From the NCBI GenBank assembly GCA_943788985.1, contig CALSSJ010000022.1:156059-220058 (forward strand): a stretch of 64,000 bases of DNA, written 5' to 3'. Positions 50,186 to 58,968 of the stretch are shown piece by piece. Each line of letters begins with the position of its first letter. Within the stretch, counting starts at the first letter, position 1. The notes under the pieces are model-generated. The model was given only the letters and a program-made list of their open reading frames with translations, was not told the DNA's origin and searched no databases. Position numbers and translations under genes: made by a program. Origin of the DNA: an uncultured Lentisphaerales bacterium. GTDB lineage: Bacteria; Verrucomicrobiota; Lentisphaeria; JABSQK01; UBA12247.

Positions 50186-52981
50186 TTAGCCGTGGGCGTC
50201 AAGCCAGTTTTTTCCCATGCCCATGTCGACGACGATGGGGACGCGGAGCGGCATGGCGTGCACCATCTCTTGCCGGACCACGGCAGCAACTTCTTCACGC
50301 TCGTCGCGATGGACGTCGACGACGAGCTCGTCGTGGACCTGAAGGACGAGCTGGGAGCGAAACTTCTCGCGCTTGAAGGCGTTCTGGACCCGAATCATGG
50401 CGATCTTGATCATGTCGGCAGCGCCGCCCTGGATGGGCGCGTTGATCGCGTTGCGCTCTGCCGCCTGGGACATGTTGCGGTTGCGTGAGTTGATGTCGCG
50501 CAGATAACGCCGCCGTCCAAGCGGCGTGGTGACGTAGCCGTGCTCGCGGGCAAACTCGATGGTGCTGTCGATGTAGCCGCGGACGCCGGGATACTTCTCG
50601 AAGTAGTGCTCGATGAGCTCTTTGCCCTCGCGTTGCGGAATCCGCAATCGCTGGGAAAGTCCGAAGGGACTGATGCCGTAGACAATGCCAAAGTTGACGG
50701 TCTTGGCGCGACGGCGCATTTCGCTGGTGACGTCTTCGAGTTCGACATTGAAGACGCGTGCAGCGGTGGCGCTGTGGATGTCGAGGTTCTTTTCGAAGGC
50801 GGCGCAGAGGGCGGGATCCTCGCTGACGGAGGCGACGATGCGCAGCTCGATCTGTGAGTAGTCGGCGGCGAGCAGGGTGTGGCGGGCGTCGCGGGGGACG
50901 AAGGCTTTGCGAAGTTCGCGACCGCGCTCGCCGCGGACCGGGATGTTCTGCAGATTGGGATTGTTCGACTGGAGGCGCCCGGTGGCTGTGACGGCCTGAC
51001 CAAAGGTGGTGTGGACGCGCCCGGTGGTGGCGTGGATGAAGTGGGGCAGGGTGGTGACGTAGGTGCTGAGGAGTTTGCGGCATTGCCGATACTCGAGCAG
51101 GTCGCGGACGATGGGATGTTGGCCCGCGAGGCCGCGTAGGATGTTCTCGCCGGTGGCGTATTGGCCGGTACCAGCGGTGCGCTTGGCTTTGGGGTCGAGC
51201 TTCATCTCGCCAAAGAAGACGTTGCCGATCTGCTTGGGGGAGTCAAGGTTGAATTCTTTGCCGGCGTCTTTGAAGATGCGGCTGCGGAGCTCATCGGCCA
51301 CGACGGTGAGCTCTCCGCCAATCTTCTCCAGCGGCTTATCATCGAGACGAATGCCGGCGTGCTCCATCTCGACCAGAACTGAAATGAGCGGGCACTCGAT
51401 ATCGTGGAAGACGGATTCGAGGGCCTTGTCGGCGAGAATGGGCACGAGGACTTCCCGCAGTTGCCAGGTCAGGTCGGCGTCTTCGCAGGCGTAGCGGGCG
51501 AGGGATTCGACGGCGACGGTGCGGATATCGGCATCGCCGACGGCGTCCTGGTAGGAGACTGGCGCGTAGTTGAGCAGTTGATTGCAGGCATAGTCGAGCC
51601 CGTGGCGCCCTTCTGGATCGAGCAGATAGTGGGCGAGCATGGTGTCCCAGAGCGGGCCGGCTACAGCGAGGTTATGCCAGAGCAGGATGCTGATGTCATA
51701 GTGAAGGTTGTGTCCGATCTTGGTGACGGCTGGATCCGCGAAGGGTGTGGTCAACAGCTTGAGGATGGCAGCGCGCTCCGCCTTGTCTTCGGGGATAGGC
51801 CAGTAGTAGGCCGCCCCTTTTTTCCAGCTGAAGGAGATGCCGACGAGTTCGGCATCTTTGGTGCTTTTGCCGGTGGTCTCGGTGTCGAAGCAGAATTCGT
51901 GCTGCATGGCGAGCTCGGCGCAGAAGCTGTCGGGGCTGATGTCGCGACCAATGATCTTGTAGTCGGCGTCGACGTCGTCGATGGTCTGGAGCTTGGCCGC
52001 GGGGGCCGGGGCGATGTCGGCGGAGCCATCGGAGAGGGAGAACAACTCGAGCTGGCGGTCATCGCGCGCTTTCTTGTCTTGGACCTGGACTTGTGCCTCG
52101 AATTTCTCGAAGGTTTTTCCGAAGAGGCGCTTGCCCATGGCGGTGAACTCAAACTCGGTGAAGATGGGGCCGATTTTGTCCTGATCGGGCTCTTGGACCA
52201 GGAGCTCATCCCAGCTGATGTCTACGGGTACGTCGCGGTCGATGGTGACAAGGTCCTTGCAGAGCAGCGCCTGCTCGACGTGGGCTTCGACGGTCTCACG
52301 CTGCTTGCCCTTGAGCTTGTCGCTGTTGGCGATGACGCCTTCGACGGTCCCAAATTCGGCGATAAGCTTCTTGGCGGTTTTCTCGCCGATGCGCGGGACG
52401 CCGGGGATGTTGTCACTGGCATCGCCCCAGAGGGCCAGGATATCGCGCACCTGATCTGTGCGCTCGATGTTCCAGTCGGCACAGATTTCGGGTATGCCTT
52501 TGATTTCTGGCGGGCCGCCAGCGCGGGCTGGTTTGTAGAAGAAGGTGCGTTCATCGACGAGCTGGGCGAAGTCTTTGTCCGGAGTGACCATGTAGGTCTC
52601 GTAGCCTGCGGCAGACCCGCGGGTAGCCAAGGTACCAATGACGTCGTCGGCCTCGTAGCCAGGAATGCGCAGGACGGGGATGCCCATGGCCTCGGTGACG
52701 CGATAGATGTGCGGCAGCGAGGCGCTCAAGTCTTCGGGCATGGCATCGCGTTTGGCCTTGTACTCGGGAAAGGCAGTATGCCGACGGGTAGGCTCGGGGG
52801 TATCAAAGGCAACGGCCATGTGCGTGGGATTCTGCTTCTTGAGAATCTCGATCAGGGCTGAAGTGTAGCCGAAAATGGCGCTGGTATTGAAGCCGTCGCG
52901 GGTCATTCGCGGGGCACGGATCAAGCCGAAATAGGCGCGGTAGGCAAGGGCCATACCATCAAGGAGAAACACACGGTTCAT
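50186..52981 (-). CDS. polA: DNA polymerase I
   Basis: LLDG.ALAYRA, EADDVIGT, GDASDNIPG, FDTETT, TGRL.S.NPNLQNIP, DYSQIELR, AKTVNFGIVYG, LQVHDEL. Confidence 0.98.
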   Translation of the reverse strand: MNRVFLLDGMALAYRAYFGLIRAPRMTRDGFNTSAIFGYTSALIEILKKQNPTHMAVAFDTPEPTRRHTAFPEYKAKRDAMPEDLSASLPHIYRVTEAMGIPVLRIPGYEADDVIGTLATRGSAAGYETYMVTPDKDFAQLVDERTFFYKPARAGGPPEIKGIPEICADWNIERTDQVRDILALWGDASDNIPGVPRIGEKTAKKLIAEFGTVEGVIANSDKLKGKQRETVEAHVEQALLCKDLVTIDRDVPVDISWDELLVQEPDQDKIGPIFTEFEFTAMGKRLFGKTFEKFEAQVQVQDKKARDDRQLELFSLSDGSADIAPAPAAKLQTIDDVDADYKIIGRDISPDSFCAELAMQHEFCFDTETTGKSTKDAELVGISFSWKKGAAYYWPIPEDKAERAAILKLLTTPFADPAVTKIGHNLHYDISILLWHNLAVAGPLWDTMLAHYLLDPEGRHGLDYACNQLLNYAPVSYQDAVGDADIRTVAVESLARYACEDADLTWQLREVLVPILADKALESVFHDIECPLISVLVEMEHAGIRLDDKPLEKIGGELTVVADELRSRIFKDAGKEFNLDSPKQIGNVFFGEMKLDPKAKRTAGTGQYATGENILRGLAGQHPIVRDLLEYRQCRKLLSTYVTTLPHFIHATTGRVHTTFGQAVTATGRLQSNNPNLQNIPVRGERGRELRKAFVPRDARHTLLAADYSQIELRIVASVSEDPALCAAFEKNLDIHSATAARVFNVELEDVTSEMRRRAKTVNFGIVYGISPFGLSQRLRIPQREGKELIEHYFEKYPGVRGYIDSTIEFAREHGYVTTPLGRRRYLRDINSRNRNMSQAAERNAINAPIQGGAADMIKIAMIRVQNAFKREKFRSQLVLQVHDELVVDVHRDEREEVAAVVRQEMVHAMPLRVPIVVDMGMGKNWLDAHG

Positions 52982-53006
52982 GGGCTAGAAAATCCTGATT
53001 AAGCAG

Positions 53007-53975
53007 TCAGAGCAGCTCGTCGAGCATGTTCACGTAGGCAATGACGGCGGTGATGATAATCGCGCCGACCAGCAAGGCGAGCAGGAGCATAAGAATGACC
53101 GGAATGAGGACGCCGACTCGTTCGATCGCCTGCGTGGCAGCGTGCTCTGCGTTCTCGGCGACGTGGTTGAGCATTTCATCCAACCGGCCGGTCTGCTCCC
53201 CGGTGGCGATCATTCCGAGGGTGACGCCGTCGACGGCGTTGGAAGTAGCGAATGCTTCCTCGATTCCGGCGCCGCTGCGGAGGGCCTCGGCGGCAAGCTC
53301 AAGGCGGGAGGCGGTCATGCGGTTGCCGCAGAGCGGCGCGCAGGCAGCGACTGCGTCTGGCACGCCAATCCCGGCGTCATACATGGAGGCGAGACTTCTC
53401 GAGAAGCGCGCCAGTGCCAGCTTGCGGTGGACGCCGCCGATGATTGGCAAGGCGTTCGCCAGTGCATCGACGAAGGTGAGTAGAAACGGAATCTTGTGCC
53501 CGATCTTAGACAGAACGAAGACTACGATCCCAAGGAGGTAGAGCGGGCCGAGGATCCCAGCACCAGCGGAGAGCCCAGTGGTTGGCCCGCGGGCGACAAA
53601 GCCAATGACGGTGACAGCGGCAGCGGCGACATGGAGAACCAGGGTAGGGTAAATCATCTGACTGAGAAGATTCCCGCGTAGCTTGCGCCAAAATTCTCGG
53701 TCCGCGGCGATGCGTGTGAGCACGCGGTCAAGAGAACCAGTGCGCTCGCCTACTTGAATGAGACGTCGCTCGAGTGGCTCAAACAGCGGGCTTTGCTCGG
53801 CCGCATCGTAGAAGGTATTGCCGCGCTCGACGGAATCATGCAGGCGCATGACCAAGTTGCCAAGCGGGCCGCTGCAGGCACGCTCAAGGCTCCGCAGCGC
53901 TTTCAGCATCGGCAAGCCCGCGTGCAACATTGCGGATAGCTGCCGGAAACATTCTTCGGTCTTTCTTCCAGTCAT
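53007..53975 (-). CDS. Type II secretion system F / PilC family protein
   Basis: RQLSAML.AGLP, GERTGSLD, MIYP, ARFSRSL..M..AG, GEQTGRLD.ML. Confidence 0.88.
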   Translation of the reverse strand: MTGRKTEECFRQLSAMLHAGLPMLKALRSLERACSGPLGNLVMRLHDSVERGNTFYDAAEQSPLFEPLERRLIQVGERTGSLDRVLTRIAADREFWRKLRGNLLSQMIYPTLVLHVAAAAVTVIGFVARGPTTGLSAGAGILGPLYLLGIVVFVLSKIGHKIPFLLTFVDALANALPIIGGVHRKLALARFSRSLASMYDAGIGVPDAVAACAPLCGNRMTASRLELAAEALRSGAGIEEAFATSNAVDGVTLGMIATGEQTGRLDEMLNHVAENAEHAATQAIERVGVLIPVILMLLLALLVGAIIITAVIAYVNMLDELL

Positions 53976-54197
53976 GCTGTCACACTACCACGATCCGAGT
54001 GCACCGGGATACGCCAGCGCCAAGTCCGTTGACTGGAGAAGCTGCGGAATGTATACGCATTATGGGCTTACCACCCGTGACAGCTCCAGCCATCAACTGT
54101 GAAAACGGGGGGCCCTGACCAGCTCGTCGACGGTCACGGGCGATGGTGTGAACGAATAGCCGCTGGACAACGGCCGGACCGCTGCTACCTGTCCGGC

Positions 54198-55911
54198 ATG
54201 ACTCTTCGCCTCTTTGCCCTTTTTTTCGTCGCCCTCGCGGCCTGCGCCGATAACCAGCTCCTACGGGAGTTTCATGCGGATCGGCAGCTGTTGCATCGCT
54301 TTTTCGATAGCGACCTGTCTGCGGACTCCGCAATGCGCATCGGCGACTTTTACCAAACGCAGCTATTGGCCTTGCAGAAGCAGCCGTTCGCGGATCTCGA
54401 CCGCAGCGGACAGGTCGACTTTTTGTTGCTGCAGAATCACCTCAGGCAGCGGCTGTTCTTTCTCCAGAAGGACGCAACATACCGCGACCTAGACGCTGAG
54501 TTTCTGCCGTTTGTTGCGCCCATTCTGGCGCTTGAGCTTGCTCGGCAGAAGATGGAGCCGCTGGTGGAAGCTGACGCCGCAGCCGCGCTCAGCGAGATCG
54601 CAACCGGCCTCGAGACGCTGCGCGAAACGGTGGACAAGCGCTTGGGCGAGCAGAAAGAGGACAGCGGCATCGAGCAGCTTCCGCCGGAGCAGGCCCAGCG
54701 CCTGGCCCAGCGAACGCAGCGCTGCAAGCAAAAGCTGGAGCATTGGTACAAGCAATACGCCGGGTATCGGCCTGGCTTCGCCTGGTGGATGAAGAAGCCG
54801 TACGAGGCCGCCAGCAAGGCCCTGGACGAGTATGCCAAGGTGTTGCGCGAGAAAGGAGCGGGGATCAAGGAAGACGCGGATGCGCCGTTGATCGGCCAGG
54901 CGGTCGGGGGCCGATACGCTCGCGGCCATGATTGGGTTTGAGATGCTGCCGTACAGCGCCGAAGAGCTGCTGGCGATCGGCGAGAAGGAGTTTGCTTGGT
55001 GCGAAGATCGCATGGAGGAGGCGGCCCAGACCATGGGGCTGACAGATCGCTTTGCTGCGCTGGAAGCGGTGAAGAAGAAGCACGTCGCGCCTGGCAAGCA
55101 GGATGAGCTGGTGGCGCAATACGCCCATGAGGCGGCTGCATTTGTCGAGGAGAATGATTTGGTCACGGTCCCACCGCTGTGCAAAGAACTCTGGGACGTG
55201 CGCATGATCGCGCCGGAAAACCTCGACCGTCTGCCCTACGCACTCTATCGCGGAAACAGCGTGGTGGTGGCCTTTGCTGCAGATGTGCTGGAACACGAAG
55301 AGAAGCTGATGAGCATGCGCGGCAACAACCTGCATGCGACCCGCATCGTCACGGCCCATGAAGTCATTCCTGGGCATCACCTGCAAATCTTCTACGGCAG
55401 CCGCTACCGGACCGATCGGCACATCTTTCGCACCCCGTTTTACGTGGAAGGCTGGTCGCTCTACTGGGAGATGTTGCTGTGGGACAAGGGCTTTGCGCGG
55501 GGACCCGAGGACGAGATCGGCATGCTGTTCTGGCGGATGCACCGCTGCGCGCGCATCATCGTCACGCTAAAGTTCCATCTCGGGCAGATGGCGCCGGAGG
55601 AAATGGTGACGTTTCTCATTGACCAGGTTGGCCATGAGGAAGAACCCGCAAAGTCCGAAGTGCGGCGCTTTATCGGCCCGGGCTGGGGCGTGCTCTATCA
55701 GGCTGGCTACATGCTGGGCGGACTCCAGATCCGCGCGCTTCAGCGCGAGCTGGTGCCGGAGACAATGAGCATGCGCGAGTTTCACGATGCGATTCTGCGG
55801 CAGGGCCCGATCCCGATCGAGATGTTGCGGGCGCAGCTGACGGATGGTCCGCTTTCTGCGGAGTTCGCACCGTCGTGGCCGTTTTACGAGGCTGCTGCCT
55901 CGGCGCCATAG
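54198..55911 (+). CDS. DUF885 family protein; +1 frameshift in a G-run near 54907
   Basis: Signal/lipobox; HEVIPGHHLQ, YVEGWSLYWE, R.ARIIV, YQAGYMLG, FHDAIL..G.IP. Confidence 0.82.
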
Positions 55912-56095
55912 GCGACTTCGTTGGTGGAATAGCCCGCGAAATACGCGAATCACACCGAAAGCCACCGCCTTGATCATCGGTTGGATATCGGGCATGCCCC
56001 ACGTATGATATCACCATGAATCCCACACCGAAAAATCCCAGTGCTTCGCCGCTGGCCTGATCTTTGCTTCGTGGGAAGGGGCAGTGGTCCGGCTG

Positions 56096-56181
56096 GTATC
56101 CGGGAGGGACAATCGAACGTAGCCGGTGGTGAAACGACGGAACGGATCGGAAAACGAGTTCGCCCTGGAAGGGCGGCAGAA
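56096..56181 (+). repeat. Single REP-like element
   Basis: gaacgtagccggtggtgaaacgacgg...ggatcgg...cgccctggaagggcggcagaa, closely matching 42051-42137. Confidence 0.7.
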
Positions 56182-56277
56182 GGTGCTGCGCTGGCCACGC
56201 ATTTGATCGACCATAAACCAGGTGATGTTTGGCTTTTTGATTTCGCTACCTCCCTGTTAGCCGTTGGGTATCGAACA

Positions 56278-57208
56278 TTAATAGAAGAGCGCTGCGGCAC
56301 CGATTAGGCCCGCGTCGTCTGGATGCTCTGCCTTGAGGATGTCCACCTGGCCTTCTTCTGCCCAGGCCAGTTCACGAACTGTCTTGCGAAAGCTTGCCAG
56401 TACTGGCTCAGGCGAATTCATCACGCCCCCACCAATGATGATGCGCTCGGGGTCAAAGCAATGGATAAAGGTGACCAATGCCTCGCCCCAGCAGCGAAGA
56501 CAATGGGCGAGTACGTCCGCGGCACAGCTGTCCCCCCGGGTCGCGTGGTCCATCAGCTCATGAAACCCCAGCGTGTCACTGCCCCGGAGGCTGCTTGCTC
56601 GGTACTGGACGTGGCCCTGCACCAGCTCCGGTAGCGCCCAAGCCGGAGGCTTCGGCCTCCAGGCACCCGACTCCGCCACAGGTACAGGCTCGCCCGCCGG
56701 AGCGCACGAGAATGTGGCCACCAAGATTGCCGGCGGTAAAGTGGGGCCCGGTGAGCACACGCGCTTCGCTGATGACCGCCGTGCCGATTCCGGTCCCCGA
56801 TGGTCATCATGACCAGGTTGTCCGCGCCCCGGCCAGCGCCATAGCGCCACTCACCAATCAAGGCACCGCGGGCGTCGTTTTTCCAGGCGCAGCTCCAGGC
56901 TGGCTTGTTGCTGGGCCCAGCCCACAAAATCAAAGTCGACTGCATCGTCGTACTTTGCCGTTGGTCCCCATCACTCGCATCGCCTGGCTATTCACCAAGC
57001 CGGTGCTGAGGACGCCCAGCCCCTCGCAGGCAGCGATGCTCGTATGCTGCTCGTCGCAGAGTGCCCGCAGACGCGTCAGAACCTCGTTCAAGTGAGTCGC
57101 CAGGGATCCCTGCGCATCAGCCGGACAATTCGAGGAACTGACGACACGTCCCGCCTGCACCAGGCCAAATTTGGTGCGGGTTCCCCCGAGGTCGATCGCA
57201 GCAATCAT
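56278..57208 (-). CDS. ROK family sugar kinase, several frameshifts between about 56.6 and 56.95 kb
   Basis: IDLGGT, NDAR, GNLGGH, CTCGGVGCLEAEAS, IIIGGGV, DAGLIGAA spread over different frames. Confidence 0.8.
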
Positions 57209-57210
57209 GG

Positions 57211-58968
57211 TCAGATTCTCACATACGCTTTGAGGGTTGCACATTGCTGGCCTTCGGACTCGCCATGCGGCCGGATGGTATAGGCCCCCACCGCAGCCGG
57301 GACAATGAAGGTCTCGGCATAGTGTACGACATAGGGCGCGAAGGCGCCGTTTGGACTCTCGACCACAGCTTCGGTGCCTTCTACCAGGTTCAGGACGTTC
57401 ACGCCGCCATTGGTATTGTGCTCAACTGGCCTAGCGAACCAGTGTCGCCGAGTTTCGATAAACTCGCGCTCATGCAGGCCCGTGCGTTCTTCGCGCCAGC
57501 CCTCGCCCGAGGCGATCGGCTCGACGGCGTTGATTAGGTTTTCGCGCACCCACTCGGTGTCGCACTCCCATTGGATGTTCTTGGCGCCGTGCTCGAGGTT
57601 AATCGGGCGTGGCAGACCATCCAGGCCAAGACGGCCCCAGTCCCACATCTTGAAGGTGAAGATGTAGGGCGTGGCGCTAATCTCCAAGACCATTCCGCCC
57701 TTGCCTCCGCAATGTACGGTCCCAGCCGGAATGAGAAAGTGATCGTGTTTTTGGGCCGGCCAGCTATTGACGAAGCGCTCGTCATCAAAGGGTTTCTCGC
57801 CACGCTGGGCCGCGCCCAGATCGGCGACCATGGCCTCGGGATTGATCCCGGTCTTGGTTCCGAGGTAGACGGTGGCTCCTTCGACGGCCTCCAACATGTA
57901 ATAGGATTCGTCCTGTGTGTAGTTCATCCCGAAGTGCTGTTGAATGTACTCTGTCAGCGGGTGCACCTGGAAGGAGAGGTTCCCGCCGTCGATCGTGTCG
58001 AGAAAGTCGAACCGAATGGGGAACTCATCGCCAAACCGCGCGTGAACGCGTTCGCCCAAGAGGGCCCGCGGCTCTTGGAACACCACGTTGATTGAAGGAA
58101 GCTCCATGATGGTACCATCGAAGTCCAGCAACAGAGAATTCTCCTCTGGGACGCAGTCGAAGCCCCAGCCATAGTTTGCCGGTTCAGGGTCCAGGTCATA
58201 GGCGTCTCTCATCCACTGGCCACCCCATGGTGCCGGGTCGAAGAACGGGACCACGCGAAAGGGCTGGCGGGTGGCGGCAGAGAGCGCCGCGCGTACGGGC
58301 TCTCCTTCTGCCAGCCGGGGCTCATTCGCTGTGTTGGTGTCGAGCACGAAGTCCCAGCGGTGCTGCAACTCACGTTTGAGCCGGTCACAAACCCGCCAGT
58401 CCGTGAAGTACGCACGCTTGTACTGCAGGCTCCATTTCAGCGTACGATTCTCGACAGCCAGGTTCGAGATCTCGTCGCGGCGCATGCGTAGTTGGGCTTC
58501 CCAACGGGCCAGGTCTGCGTAGACGAGGATGTCGCCGGGGTGAATCAGGCTGGCGCCTGGCCCAATGATAATCACCAAGCCAGCGTCTAGTGACGTGAGT
58601 TCCTCACTGAGCTGGGCAGCCTTGGCTGGATCCAGAAAGTCAGCCATCTGCAGGTTGGTAATCCAGCCAAAGATGGGGTCATCACCGCCATTAAACGGCG
58701 CGACCTTGCGCTCAATCTCAGCCGTTTCCAGAAAGGCTTGCGAAGTTCGCACAATGCGCACGGGCTCGAGCGGACGCAGCGCGGCCAGGACTTCTTCCTC
58801 CTGCACACCGACGTAGCATTCTACCGTCAGGATGGTGGCGCCTGGAGACTCATGCTCGGCGATGGCCTGCTGCAGTTTAGCACACGTTGCGGGCCAGCCG
58901 GCGACGCATTGTCCAGCGGAACCTGGCACCGCTAGAGTCGGCCGTTTATCGTAGTTAGACGGTCTCAT
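57211..58968 (-). CDS. Class I mannose-6-phosphate isomerase, long form with N-terminal extra domain
   Basis: PWGGQW, FPIRFDFLD, NLSFQVHP, QDESYY, IPAGTVH, LEIS. Confidence 0.85.
   Translation of the reverse strand: MRPSNYDKRPTLAVPGSAGQCVAGWPATCAKLQQAIAEHESPGATILTVECYVGVQEEEVLAALRPLEPVRIVRTSQAFLETAEIERKVAPFNGGDDPIFGWITNLQMADFLDPAKAAQLSEELTSLDAGLVIIIGPGASLIHPGDILVYADLARWEAQLRMRRDEISNLAVENRTLKWSLQYKRAYFTDWRVCDRLKRELQHRWDFVLDTNTANEPRLAEGEPVRAALSAATRQPFRVVPFFDPAPWGGQWMRDAYDLDPEPANYGWGFDCVPEENSLLLDFDGTIMELPSINVVFQEPRALLGERVHARFGDEFPIRFDFLDTIDGGNLSFQVHPLTEYIQQHFGMNYTQDESYYMLEAVEGATVYLGTKTGINPEAMVADLGAAQRGEKPFDDERFVNSWPAQKHDHFLIPAGTVHCGGKGGMVLEISATPYIFTFKMWDWGRLGLDGLPRPINLEHGAKNIQWECDTEWVRENLINAVEPIASGEGWREERTGLHEREFIETRRHWFARPVEHNTNGGVNVLNLVEGTEAVVESPNGAFAPYVVHYAETFIVPAAVGAYTIRPHGESEGQQCATLKAYVRI

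Noticed and set aside
51404..52861. 485-aa + strand ORF, and similar long antisense ORFs such as 47512-48750
   Set aside because: These are shadow ORFs opposite well-supported genes, expected from GC-rich codon bias, and have no recognisable motifs.
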